NCBI GenBank assembly: GCA_045537295.1
Contig: JAZSPG010000070.1
Coordinates: 34,955-98,954 of the forward strand
DNA from: Candidatus Scatosoma sp.
GTDB taxonomy: Bacteria; Bacillota; Clostridia; Christensenellales; Borkfalkiaceae
Direction of reading: 5' to 3'
Length of the DNA: 64,000 nt
Shown: in pieces, positions 21,013 to 30,669 of the stretch
Layout: every line of letters starts with the position of its first letter
Numbering within the stretch: position 1 is the first letter of the stretch
Notes under the pieces: generated by a model
What the model was told of the DNA's origin: nothing
The model's database searches: none
The model's input: the letters and a program-made list of their open reading frames with translations, nothing else
Position numbers and translations under genes: made by a program

Positions 21013-21981
21013 ATGAAATATCTCTTTTTCGATATAGAATGTGCCGGGGTCTTTAAGACGAAGGCGAAAATTTGCGCGTTCGGCTATTGTTTGACGGACG
21101 AGCGGTTTCGCATACTCGAAAAAGAGGATTTGCTCGTCAATCCCTTGGGCAATTTTCATTTGACGGATAGAAAGGGCGAACAGGGGCTTGTGTTGCCTTA
21201 TAAATACGAGGATTTCAAAAAGTACCCCACTTTCCCGCAACGCGCCGACAAAATTTACGCGCTGTTACAAGATAGCGATACGCTGGTGTTCGGTCACGCC
21301 GTCATGAACGACGTGAAGTACCTCAACTTAGAGAGCAAGCGGTTTTTCCTGCCGTCCTTTTCGTTCTCGTTCGCGGACACGCAGTTTTTGTATATGAACA
21401 AAATCGGGGATTTTTCAAGACAGTTCGGTTTGGGGAAAATCGCCGAGGAGCTGGGCGTAGAATTTACCCCGCATCGCGCGGTGGACGACGCGTACGCGAC
21501 GATGCGCGTAGCCGAGGCTATGTGCAAAGCGGAGGGGGTAACGCTTTTGGGACTTTTGGAAAAATACCAAATTTCACTTGGCAAAATCGCCGATTACGAG
21601 GTGATACAAAGCTCGTCCGTTGCGTTTGAAAACTTCAAAAGAGAACGGGAAAAGGCCAAGGAAGAACGCGAACGCGCGCGTGTGGAATTTCACATTTTCG
21701 CGGACAGAGAAAAGCGCAAACGCGCAAAGGACGGAAAACTCAAAAACAAGACGGTATGTTTTTCGCACGCCGTCGAGTTGCAAACCCCGCTCGCAAAAAA
21801 ATTGTTAAGTTACGCGTTGGCGCAAGGCTCGCGCGTGACCTTCCGCGCGGAAGAATGTGACGCGTATATTTGTTTCGAGGGCGAAACGGGCGCAAGGCTG
21901 AAATCGGTACAAAACCGTAACGCACAAATTTACACCCCGCAACAGTTCGCGAAATTTTTAGGAATGGACGAAAATGTGTAA
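21013..21981 (+). CDS. DEDDh-type 3-prime-5-prime exonuclease domain protein
   Basis: ExoI FFDIECAG, ExoII GHAVMNDVKYL and ExoIII HRAVDDAYAT. The C-terminal half is unassigned. Confidence 0.7.
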   Translation: MKYLFFDIECAGVFKTKAKICAFGYCLTDERFRILEKEDLLVNPLGNFHLTDRKGEQGLVLPYKYEDFKKYPTFPQRADKIYALLQDSDTLVFGHAVMNDVKYLNLESKRFFLPSFSFSFADTQFLYMNKIGDFSRQFGLGKIAEELGVEFTPHRAVDDAYATMRVAEAMCKAEGVTLLGLLEKYQISLGKIADYEVIQSSSVAFENFKREREKAKEERERARVEFHIFADREKRKRAKDGKLKNKTVCFSHAVELQTPLAKKLLSYALAQGSRVTFRAEECDAYICFEGETGARLKSVQNRNAQIYTPQQFAKFLGMDENV

Positions 21982-23269
21982 TTTACCCGAAAAATTTATC
22001 CAAAGAATGAAAAACCAACTTCCCGCGTCCGAGTGGGAGGCGTTTTTTTCCTGCTATGAAAAAATAGCGGTGAAAGGCGTTCGGCTGAACGCGTTAAAGG
22101 GGGACAGGTATGCGTTGAAATCGCTTTTGCCCTTTTTAGAGGAGCAAATTGCTTGGGAGGAAAACGGGTATTACATCTCGCTTGAAAAGGTGGGCGCAAC
22201 CCCCTTTCACAACGCGGGCGTTTTCTATTCGCAAGAACCGTCCGCTATGTTTATCGCACCGAAATTAGAGGTGAAAGCGGGCGAACGCGTTTTGGATTTA
22301 TGCTCTGCGCCGGGCGGGAAAGCCACCCAGCTCGCCTCGAAAATGCAGGGCGAGGGTATCCTCGTCGCCAACGAACCCGTGTTTTCACGGGCGAAAATTC
22401 TATCGCAAAATATCGAACGGCTGGGCGTAAGAAACGCCGTCGTTACCTGCGAAACGCCTGATAATTTAGCGGAAAAATTCCCCGCGTATTTTGATAAAAT
22501 CCTCGTGGACGCGCCCTGTTCGGGTGAGGGTATGTTCCGAAAAAACGCCGACGAGGCGCTGAAAGAATGGAGCGAGGAAAATATCGCGCTTTGCGCAAAC
22601 CGCCAAAAAGAAATTTTACAAAGCGCGGTGAAAATGCTAAAAAGAGGCGGTAGACTCGCCTATTCCACCTGTACTTTCGCACCCCAAGAGGACGAGGAAA
22701 TCGTGGCGTGGCTTGAAAAAACTTACCCGCAAATGCGCCTTATCGCGCAGGAAAAATTATATCCGCATAAGGTAAAAGGCGAGGGGCATTTTTTCGCGCT
22801 GTTTGAAAAGACGGAGGGCGAAGAAAGAGAACTTAAAGCGTTAAAGCCTTGGTGTAGCGCAACCGCAGAAAAGGCATACCGCGCTTTTGAAAAAGAGTTT
22901 TTCCATAAAAAATTCGCGGAAAATATCCACGAAACGAACGGCGTTTTGTACGATATCCCCAAAGGCGTTTTCTCTTGGCAGGGTTTGCAGGTTTTGCGCG
23001 TCGGCGTTCGGCTGGGTGAGGTGAAAAACGGTAGGTTCGAACCCAACCATTCGCTTGCAATGTGCGTAAAGGCCGAGGACTTAAAAAACGCGTTAAACCT
23101 TTCGCAAACGGACGCGCGGGTGGAAAAATACCTGCGAGGCGAAACGGTGGAGGGCGAACTTCAAAACGGCTGGTGCGCCGTGTGCGTCGAGGGCTATCCC
23201 TTAGGTCTTGGCAAAGCGGTGAACGGAACAATCAAAAACCACCTGCCCAAAGGCTTGCGTAAAAACTAA
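21974..23269 (+). CDS. rRNA cytosine-C5 methyltransferase (RsmB/RsmF, NOL1/NOP2/Sun family)
   Basis: Motifs DLCSAPGGKATQLA, DAPCSGEGMFRK and YSTCTF. Confidence 0.85.
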   Translation: MCNLPEKFIQRMKNQLPASEWEAFFSCYEKIAVKGVRLNALKGDRYALKSLLPFLEEQIAWEENGYYISLEKVGATPFHNAGVFYSQEPSAMFIAPKLEVKAGERVLDLCSAPGGKATQLASKMQGEGILVANEPVFSRAKILSQNIERLGVRNAVVTCETPDNLAEKFPAYFDKILVDAPCSGEGMFRKNADEALKEWSEENIALCANRQKEILQSAVKMLKRGGRLAYSTCTFAPQEDEEIVAWLEKTYPQMRLIAQEKLYPHKVKGEGHFFALFEKTEGEERELKALKPWCSATAEKAYRAFEKEFFHKKFAENIHETNGVLYDIPKGVFSWQGLQVLRVGVRLGEVKNGRFEPNHSLAMCVKAEDLKNALNLSQTDARVEKYLRGETVEGELQNGWCAVCVEGYPLGLGKAVNGTIKNHLPKGLRKN

Positions 23270-23285
23270 ATAAAACGCATTCTTT

Positions 23286-23319
23286 CGCGCGGACGATGCT
23301 CGTCCGCGCGCTGTTTTTT
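23286..23319 (+). terminator. Intrinsic terminator
   Basis: cgcgcggacga-tgc-tcgtccgcgcg followed by a T-run. Confidence 0.85.
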
Positions 23320-23340
23320 ATAAAAAACAGCCAAAGACCG

Positions 23341-23391
23341 CAAGTTTTGGCAGTAAGACGACAAGTTTTAAGAGTAAAAATGACAAGTTTT
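23341..23391 (+). repeat. Three direct CAAGTTTT repeats at 21-22 bp spacing upstream of a promoter
   Basis: caagtttt at 23341, 23362 and 23384. The last copy ends 5 nt before the -35. Confidence 0.6.
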
Positions 23392-23395
23392 GATA

Positions 23396-23424
23396 TTGAC
23401 TTTTACAATTTTCCCTGTTATAAT
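23396..23424 (+). promoter_or_regulatory. Sigma-A promoter
   Basis: TTGACT-N17-TATAAT. Confidence 0.65.
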
Positions 23425-23471
23425 ATAGATACAAAAATGAAAACGGAAAAGAAAAGGGGGTGGGGGATAAA

Positions 23472-24149
23472 ATGTCCAAGGATATAAAAAGAGTGATAGC
23501 GGTTATCGTTTGTTTGGTGATTTTTTGGCTGACGGTTTTTGGACTCGTTTTACAAAGAGGCTGTTACTATACCCCGTGGGAGCGCTATAAACACCCCGAT
23601 TTTGTAACCTCGTATACGGAGGCGGAGCATATAGAACGCATTAAAGAACGGACGGAAACGCGTTTTTCCAAGGAAATAGAGAGCGGAGAAATCGCAAATT
23701 ATACGGTGGAAATCGTATACGCCTTTTACGATAACGACCCCGAATACTTCCTCGTGAATTTAGAATATAAATATCCTTGGCATAAATTAGACTGGGTAGG
23801 AAATCCGTACGAGCAAACGAAATATAAACATTTTCTCGGTTATATAGAAAACGACGAGTATTATACGGGCGTCAATGGTTATTCTGGGGAAAAAGGCGAT
23901 AGTATGTTTACGGAAGGCAGAAACGCTTACGAGGTGGCGGGCTACGGGGAGGCGAAAAAATATTACGGAAATAGAATATTTGCCGTAGAAAAAGAAGGAG
24001 CGTTATTAAAAATTTTTAAGATGAATTCTACGGGTCGGGTAGAATTTGAAGCTGGGAACGAAGGCGAATGGGAGCAGTATATTATTCCCGAAACGGAATA
24101 CGAGGATTTAATGAAAAATAATTATAAATTTAGCAGTCATATATATTAA
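23472..24149 (+). CDS. Hypothetical N-terminally anchored protein (Y/E-rich)
   Basis: One N-terminal TM (VIAVIVCLVIFWLTVFGLVL). G-rich RBS before ATG 23472. I recognise no family. Confidence 0.5.
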   Translation: MSKDIKRVIAVIVCLVIFWLTVFGLVLQRGCYYTPWERYKHPDFVTSYTEAEHIERIKERTETRFSKEIESGEIANYTVEIVYAFYDNDPEYFLVNLEYKYPWHKLDWVGNPYEQTKYKHFLGYIENDEYYTGVNGYSGEKGDSMFTEGRNAYEVAGYGEAKKYYGNRIFAVEKEGALLKIFKMNSTGRVEFEAGNEGEWEQYIIPETEYEDLMKNNYKFSSHIY

Positions 24150-24170
24150 ATAGTAAACGGAAAAAATAAT

Positions 24171-24202
24171 CCCGCCTTGCGAAACGCGTTTCGCAAGGCG
24201 GG
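24171..24202. terminator. Bidirectional terminator between convergent genes
   Basis: 32-nt perfect palindrome cccgccttgcgaaacg/cgtttcgcaaggcggg with T-rich flanks on both strands. Confidence 0.85.
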
Positions 24203-24222
24203 GTTCGTTTTAATAATTTTTC

Positions 24223-27200
24223 TTATTTTTTATCCGCTTTCGATTTCTTTTCCTTTTTAGGCTTTGCGGTTTTTTGGGGTTTTGCGCCACGGCTCTTACG
24301 CGATTTTGCAACCAGCTTTCTTACAACCAAGCTTACCACCGCAAGCACGAGCACGCCGGCAATCGCAATCGAGCTTGCCAAAAGCCAAACGTTCGTGGTG
24401 CTTTCTTCGTTTGCCGTATCGTCGTCGGTGGTGGAATCTTCCTCGTCCGCCTCCGCGTTCACCGTCGTTTCCACCGTCGAGAAATCCGCGTAGGTGGTGT
24501 AGCTTACGCCCGCCGTCGCCTTGTACAAATACGCTACTTTTTCCGCATTGCTTGCCGAGGCGTAGCTTGCATAGTTATCGTAGGAATTGCCAACCTTGTT
24601 TTCGTCGAGCGATTCGTCGTAACGCAAGTATTTCGCGCTGTCGTAGAACGAGAACGCGCCCTCGAAGTAGTTCGCGCCTTCTTCCATTCCTTCCTTTGCG
24701 GAATCCAGCCAAGCGGTGATTTTTTCTTCCGTTTCGTCCACCGACCAAGCGTCGAACGCTACGAACGCACCGCGTCCGTTAATCGTGCTGTCGTCGCGCG
24801 CACCGCTCCAAACTTCCAAACGATAGTTCTTTGCCTCGTCGCCCGTATGCAAGTAGAAGGTAACCGTTGCCCAGCCTGCGCCCGTACCGCTAACTTCCGC
24901 TTTCAACGCCTTTTCGCCGTTACCCGAGATAGCCTCGTAACGCGCGGGCAGGGACGCCGTTGAGAAGTCGTACACTAAGATATTGTCTTCATTTGCAACC
25001 TTTTCGGTGTTGTACGCGTAAGCCGTTTTTGCCGTTTCGTCGTATCCGTAGAACGCTACGCCGTCGTTGCCGTCGTGTTTCCAAGCGGAGCTGTAATCGT
25101 ATTGAACGCCACCGTCCGCAAGTACTAAGTTTCCAGCTTTTACGCCGTACGCTTGCAAGTTCGCAAAATATCTGTTCGTGTCGATACCTTCCGCGCCCGA
25201 CCAGTTCGGGTTGACCTTATACAAACCGTTGGCTTGAAGTTTGAACGCCGTATCCGTTCTTGCTACGAACCCGTCGGCAGAGGGGTCTTTCGCAAGCACG
25301 TTGCCGTCCTCGTCATACCAGTAGGTAAGCGTTCTGCCGATAGACAAGGTGTTTTGACGGGTGTCGTCGTCCGTGTCGATAAGGTATACGCTCGCCACCG
25401 CGCCCGCGCTGACTTTCACGCGCAAGGACACCGCTTTGTAGGTGTTTGCCGAAACGGTGGTCGTCGTACCGATAAAGCCGTACGCGTGACCTGCTTGTTC
25501 GTCGCTCTCGTCCGTGTAAATAACGAGCGGTTGCGTCGTCATTTCGTCGAACACGCTGTTCCAAGTCGCGCCCGTACCGCCGAGTTTTTCTAAAATTTCC
25601 GTATAGTTTTCCGCGTGTTCTTTGTTCAAAAGACCTGCGTTTTGATAGACGTTGATGTCCGTATTCGAAACGCTACCGCCTACGTACGCGCTGTTGGAAT
25701 ATACGCCTTTGTAGTTTTTGGGAATTGCGAAACCGTCTTCAATATTCGCCGTCGAGAGTTTGGTTGCCGAATCGAAACCGCTGTCGCCCGCGGGTTTGTT
25801 CGTTTCGCCCGTCAGCGTAACCACTTTCGAGTAGCTACCGCTCGTCGCGCAAGCAAACGCCTCTTCCGTCATCGTCGTCGTCTTAAAGCCCGTAAACACC
25901 GCAAGTCCTTCGCCGTACGCCGATTTTTCCGTATCGATAACCTTCGTCGAACCGAGCGTGAACGAGAAATTCACCGTCGCGTTTTCCTCGCCGTCGTTAT
26001 GGATAAAGAAGAAACATTGTTGCCAGCCGTCGTGCAGTTCCTTTTCCGTTTCTTCCGTGCCTTCCGTCACCGTAACCTTGATAGGCGAAATGGTCGTCGT
26101 GTCCAAGGACGAAATGGCGGGTTTGCCCTCGTTATCTAATAAGGTAATGCCCGCGCCCGTGATACCGTTCATATCCGAGGTCTTTACGAAGAACGAATAT
26201 GCCACTCTCTCGCCTGCGGGGATAGTGATGGCAGGGGATTTCGCCGTATAGGTTGCGCCCTTAGCCGAGAACAAAATGAGCGCGTCGCCGTCCGTCAAAT
26301 AGTCGTGACCTTCGAAATATTCCTTATACGCCGATTTCGCAAACGCGTTGTCGGGGTCGTTGAGCGTCGTCGCGATATTGCCAATCACGTACTTGTCCTT
26401 ATCCGCGTCGAACCCCTCTTTCAAGGTCGGCGCGTACGTTTGCGCGTTTTTATTCACAAGTTCGGGGAACTTGGAAATATCGCTTTGCTCAATCGCCGTG
26501 TATACGATACCGTTACTGTCACGCTTTTCCGTCGTGGGCGCAATTACCCAGCCCGCTTGGCTAAGCAAGTTATAATTTTCGAAATCGCCCGAGAAATCAA
26601 GTACGAACTTCGTCGTGGAAACCTCGCTTGCGTCAAAGCTCTTCGCCTCTTTCGAGCTACTTAACGTAAGTTCTTCGCCCACAGGAACGCTCATTGCGTT
26701 TTTATTCTCTACGATTTTACATTCGATATCGTCAAAGAACGCATAGCCGTTGACGTACTCGTATCTGTCCGTACCACCGCCAAGACCTAAGCCCAAAACG
26801 ATAGTGAAGGTGGAATCGGCGTAGGACGCGCCTTTGAGTGCGAACTCGTATTGCACCCAACCGTTGTTGTCGGTTACGTTTTGCGTGTTGATATTTTTAA
26901 TTTCGAGGGGGTCGAGGGATTTTCCGCCAACCGAGTGCGTAATGGAGATATACGCGCCCTTGTCTACGATATTTTCCGCCTTTTCCCCGCTCGTCGTCGT
27001 GCAGGTCAAGTTGCTCGTCTTTACCCAAACGGAGAAGTTTGCGCTCGTACCCGCGCTCACCGTCACGCTGGTAGACGAGGTGAACTTTTGCGCCGTACCC
27101 AAATGCGCGTAGGAAGAGTTGGAATACTCGTTATGGAGCATCAAAACTTTCGTGTTCGTTTTGCCGTCCTCGTCCTCGGTTACTTCCGCGTTCGGGTCAT

Positions 27201-27786
27201 AGTCGTGCGTGCGGGGGTTTTGAATACCCACGAGCGTTTTATCCGCGTTTTCGATTAAGGGCAAATCCTCGTCGTCGATATTAAACGATTCGTAGAAATC
27301 CAAATCGTCGATATCGCCGTCGCTATTCGCGTCTTTCCAAGCCTTGTAGTATTCTAACTTGTCGCGAACGGACATAGAATCCCACTTACTTTTCGCCTCG
27401 TCCTCGGTAAGTGCGCTTGCGGGCTTGTCCAAATACGACTCGGTCAAATTCTTCCAAGCCGAGTCCTGCGTGTCGATAATACCGCTTGCCGATTTAGAGG
27501 AAAGTGCGGTACCGCTCGTCGCGGAGTTTACCGAACGGGTCCAGCCCGTAACGCTGGTGACGATAGGGTTCAAACCGTCCTTATCGTCGAAAGTTTCGAA
27601 GTCGGAGTTCTTAATAATTCCGTCGTCGGAAACGGTTTCTTTTTCCGTTTCTTCACTCGTAGACGAGGAAGAGGAGGAGGAATCGTCCTTACAGGATGCG
27701 AACGCCGTCATCATTGAAGTCGCCATCATCAGCGACATAAAGATTGCAAGTAAATTCTTCTTGCGAGAGTTGGTTTTTTTCTTCAT
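24223..27786 (-). CDS. Large (1187 aa) cell-surface protein with lipoprotein signal and C-terminal TM/basic anchor; CBM4/9-like segments
   Basis: MKKK..MMTAFASC lipobox, Ser/Glu linker, NSDFE..GWT and YAFFDDIE jelly-roll-like segments. The C-terminus is VWLLASSIAIAGVLVLAVVSLVV followed by a K-rich tail. Confidence 0.7.
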   Translation of the reverse strand: MKKKTNSRKKNLLAIFMSLMMATSMMTAFASCKDDSSSSSSSTSEETEKETVSDDGIIKNSDFETFDDKDGLNPIVTSVTGWTRSVNSATSGTALSSKSASGIIDTQDSAWKNLTESYLDKPASALTEDEAKSKWDSMSVRDKLEYYKAWKDANSDGDIDDLDFYESFNIDDEDLPLIENADKTLVGIQNPRTHDYDPNAEVTEDEDGKTNTKVLMLHNEYSNSSYAHLGTAQKFTSSTSVTVSAGTSANFSVWVKTSNLTCTTTSGEKAENIVDKGAYISITHSVGGKSLDPLEIKNINTQNVTDNNGWVQYEFALKGASYADSTFTIVLGLGLGGGTDRYEYVNGYAFFDDIECKIVENKNAMSVPVGEELTLSSSKEAKSFDASEVSTTKFVLDFSGDFENYNLLSQAGWVIAPTTEKRDSNGIVYTAIEQSDISKFPELVNKNAQTYAPTLKEGFDADKDKYVIGNIATTLNDPDNAFAKSAYKEYFEGHDYLTDGDALILFSAKGATYTAKSPAITIPAGERVAYSFFVKTSDMNGITGAGITLLDNEGKPAISSLDTTTISPIKVTVTEGTEETEKELHDGWQQCFFFIHNDGEENATVNFSFTLGSTKVIDTEKSAYGEGLAVFTGFKTTTMTEEAFACATSGSYSKVVTLTGETNKPAGDSGFDSATKLSTANIEDGFAIPKNYKGVYSNSAYVGGSVSNTDINVYQNAGLLNKEHAENYTEILEKLGGTGATWNSVFDEMTTQPLVIYTDESDEQAGHAYGFIGTTTTVSANTYKAVSLRVKVSAGAVASVYLIDTDDDTRQNTLSIGRTLTYWYDEDGNVLAKDPSADGFVARTDTAFKLQANGLYKVNPNWSGAEGIDTNRYFANLQAYGVKAGNLVLADGGVQYDYSSAWKHDGNDGVAFYGYDETAKTAYAYNTEKVANEDNILVYDFSTASLPARYEAISGNGEKALKAEVSGTGAGWATVTFYLHTGDEAKNYRLEVWSGARDDSTINGRGAFVAFDAWSVDETEEKITAWLDSAKEGMEEGANYFEGAFSFYDSAKYLRYDESLDENKVGNSYDNYASYASASNAEKVAYLYKATAGVSYTTYADFSTVETTVNAEADEEDSTTDDDTANEESTTNVWLLASSIAIAGVLVLAVVSLVVRKLVAKSRKSRGAKPQKTAKPKKEKKSKADKK

Positions 27787-28019
27787 ACAACCACCTTAAC
27801 TTTTGGTATTTGTTTTACAATATAATATCACGCGTGCGTAGGGCTAACGCGTAGCCCACAAAACACCACGCTATACTATTTTAATACAAAATCGATTTAT
27901 TAGCAAGCGTTTATAATAGGTAACGGCAGAAAAAGTTTGATAAAACGGAAAAAAATACGCAAAATAGTAGTGAAACCGCCCGCTTGGGCGGAAATATTTT
28001 CCTAAAAAGGAGCAAGGAA

Positions 28020-28388
28020 ATGGAACAAGCGAAAACGCAAAATTCGAAACGCCTTTTTTGCGGAGTGGCGGTGGGCGTTGCCAACAGCCTGTTCGGCGGG
28101 GGTGGCGGTATGCTTGCCGTACCCCTATTAAACGCTACGGGTTATACGCAAAAAGAGGCGCACGCCACGGCAATTTTGGTGATTTTACCCGTTTCTTTTT
28201 TCTCGTTTTTGCTGTATTTTATACAAGGAATGTATGATTTTTCGGTACTCATACCGACGGCAATCGGGGTGACGGCGGGCGGAGCGGTAGGCGCGCTTAT
28301 TTTGGGCAAATTGCCCACCAAAACGGTGACGCTCGTCTTTGCGTTTTTGCAGGCGGTAGCGGGCGCGTTTTTGTTCTTTTCCAAATAA
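28020..28388 (+). CDS. TSUP (TauE/SafE) family half-size membrane protein, part 1
   Basis: 4 predicted TM helices and GGGGGMLAVPLL motif. ATG 28020 follows AAAGGAG. Confidence 0.7.
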   Translation: MEQAKTQNSKRLFCGVAVGVANSLFGGGGGMLAVPLLNATGYTQKEAHATAILVILPVSFFSFLLYFIQGMYDFSVLIPTAIGVTAGGAVGALILGKLPTKTVTLVFAFLQAVAGAFLFFSK

Positions 28389-28399
28389 AATTATAGCGT

Positions 28400-28762
28400 A
28401 TGTCTTTTTATCTTTATCTCATTTTAGGCTTTATCGGCGGGATTCCCGCAGGTATGGGTATGGGTGGCGGAACGGTTACCATACCCTTATTAGTATTGCT
28501 TGGCGGGGTGGAACAAAAAATTGCGCAATGCGCCAACCTTTTTTCCTTTTTACCTATGAGTTTCGGCGCGTTAAGAACGCACGCGGAAAACGGTCTTTTG
28601 AAAACGCAAGGTGTTTTGTGGGTGATTATTCCCGCGCTGTTACTCTCGATTCTCGGCGCGCTTTCGGCGTTCTTGTTGCCCTCTGAAATTTTAAGGCGCG
28701 CGTTCGGTGTTTTTTTAATCGGTCTGTCCGTTACCACCTTGCATAAAAGCAACGGCGCGTAA
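28400..28762 (+). CDS. TSUP (TauE/SafE) family half-size membrane protein, part 2
   Basis: 4 predicted TM helices and GMGMGGGTVTIPLL motif, 11 nt after part 1. Confidence 0.7.
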   Translation: MSFYLYLILGFIGGIPAGMGMGGGTVTIPLLVLLGGVEQKIAQCANLFSFLPMSFGALRTHAENGLLKTQGVLWVIIPALLLSILGALSAFLLPSEILRRAFGVFLIGLSVTTLHKSNGA

Positions 28763-29028
28763 GGTTTGAATTTTGCTTAAAACCGAGGGCAAAATACACA
28801 AAACAAGCGGACGAATTTGTCGAAAATGTGGAAAATTACAAAAATATCGAAAAATTTTCCAAAAGGGTATTTACAAATACCGTTTTATGTGGTAAACTAT
28901 GGGAAAAATTAAAAAGACACGAACTGCGTAAAGGCGCAAAAACGCGCCTTTCGTTCTTTGTGTAAAATAACGAAAAAATTACGGAATTTGCGGGCGAGAC
29001 CGCGAAGGAAAAAGGACAGAGGTAAAAA

Positions 29029-30540
29029 GTGGAAAAAATCGGTATTATTGATTTAGGCTCAAACACGGCGCGGTTGCTCATTGTGGAGATGTTCACCGAC
29101 GGTCATTATATGGTGGTAGACGAGTTGAAAGAAAGCGTTCGGCTCGGTCAAGATATGGATAGGGACGGGTTCTTAAAACCCCAACGCATTGCGGAAACGA
29201 TAAAAACCTTGAAAATGTTCAAGCGTCTTTGCGACACGAGCGGGGTAGAACGCATTATCGCCGTAGGTACGGCGGCGGTGCGTCGCGCGAAGAACCAACG
29301 CTCGTTTTTAGACGAAATTCAGGTTTCGTGCAATATCACCATTCGCGTACTTACCGAGGAGGAAGAGGCGGTCCTCATTTACAGAGGGGTTATCAACTCG
29401 ATGGACATACCCAAAGGGCTTATCCTCGAAATCGGCGGTGGAAGCACGAAAATCGTGTACTACAACCGTAGAAACCTGCTCAACTACGCGTCTTTGCCGT
29501 TCGGCGCGGTAACGCTTACCGATTTGTTCGCGAGCGACGCAACGCCTGAGGAATCGGCAAAACATATCGAAGAATTTTTCACCGAACAGCTGAAAAAACT
29601 GCCTTGGCTGAAAGAGGTAGACCCCGAGGCGCAAATGATAGGTGCGGGCGGTTCGTTCCGTAACCTTTTCAAAATCACCAAGCTCGTAAGAAAATACCCC
29701 TTGGACAACCCGCATAACTACCGTTTGAACGCGGAGGATTTCACGGGTATTTACGATATGCTCAAAGTTCTCGACGTGGACAAGCGTAAGAAGATTAAAG
29801 GGCTTTCGCCCAAGCGCGCGGACATTATGCCCGCCGCAATGGCAATCGTTAAATCTTTCGTTTCGTATATGAATATCAACGAGTTCGCAATTTGCGGTTG
29901 CGGGCTTAGAGAGGGGCTTATGCTCAACCAAGCGTTGCCTATTACCACGGAAAAACCTATTTCCGACGTTTTGGGGTACAGCTTGGATACGCTGGTGAAA
30001 TACCACGGTTGCGACGTAAAACACGTCGAACACGTTATGCAACTTTCCGTACAGCTTTTCAAACAGCTTCGCGTATTGCATAAATTTTCCCGTCAATACC
30101 TGAAAATACTTAAAATCGCGGCGAGTATGCACGACTGCGGTAGACGGTTGAAATATTACAATCACGCCCGCCATAGCTGGTATACGACGCTCAACGCCTC
30201 TATTTACGGCGCGACGCACCGTGAAATCGTGTTGGCGGCGTTCGTTGCGGGCTGTCACAACCGCGAGGAAATTCCGATGATAGAATGGCAAAAATACAAG
30301 GACCTCGTTTTAGAAGAGGACTTGGACGCGGTGAAAAAATTAGGCGTACTGCTTCGTATCGCGGAGAGCTTGGATAGGTCGCAATGCGGTGTGATTACGG
30401 GCGTAAACTGCGACGTACTCGGCGATTCCGTGATTATGAAAACGGAAGTTACGGGCGACGCGTCGCTGGAAATTCGGGACGCGGAATCCGCTAACGTCGA
30501 GTTTAAGCGCGCGTTCCATAAAAATCTCGAAATCTTATAA
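29029..30540 (+). CDS. Ppx/GppA-family exopolyphosphatase with HD domain
   Basis: IGIIDLGSNTARLLIVE and EIGGGSTK (ASKHA fold) plus a C-terminal HD region (MHDCGR). GTG start after AGAGG. Confidence 0.9.
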   Translation: MEKIGIIDLGSNTARLLIVEMFTDGHYMVVDELKESVRLGQDMDRDGFLKPQRIAETIKTLKMFKRLCDTSGVERIIAVGTAAVRRAKNQRSFLDEIQVSCNITIRVLTEEEEAVLIYRGVINSMDIPKGLILEIGGGSTKIVYYNRRNLLNYASLPFGAVTLTDLFASDATPEESAKHIEEFFTEQLKKLPWLKEVDPEAQMIGAGGSFRNLFKITKLVRKYPLDNPHNYRLNAEDFTGIYDMLKVLDVDKRKKIKGLSPKRADIMPAAMAIVKSFVSYMNINEFAICGCGLREGLMLNQALPITTEKPISDVLGYSLDTLVKYHGCDVKHVEHVMQLSVQLFKQLRVLHKFSRQYLKILKIAASMHDCGRRLKYYNHARHSWYTTLNASIYGATHREIVLAAFVAGCHNREEIPMIEWQKYKDLVLEEDLDAVKKLGVLLRIAESLDRSQCGVITGVNCDVLGDSVIMKTEVTGDASLEIRDAESANVEFKRAFHKNLEIL

Positions 30541-30669
30541 AAGGAAAAAAACCGCTCTTTCAAAACGCCGACGAGGCTTTGCGGACGGGCGGTTTCTTAT
30601 TTCTTTTGGAATGATTTGCGCCTAACGGCGCGTGAAGTTTCGCTTTCGGCTCAATGAATTGGGCTATCG

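Noticed and set aside
21700-21981. Possible BRCT-like C-terminal domain in the DEDDh exonuclease protein
   Set aside because: The idea rests only on a vague hydrophobic pattern, and no diagnostic motif is visible by eye.
28930-28975. Mini-ORF MGKIKKTRTA plus hairpin aaaggcgc/gcgccttt in the ppx leader, considered as a leader-peptide attenuator
   Set aside because: The ATG directly abuts the candidate -10 (TAAACT), so it is probably not on the transcript. The hairpin has a poor U-tract. The evidence is too thin to report.
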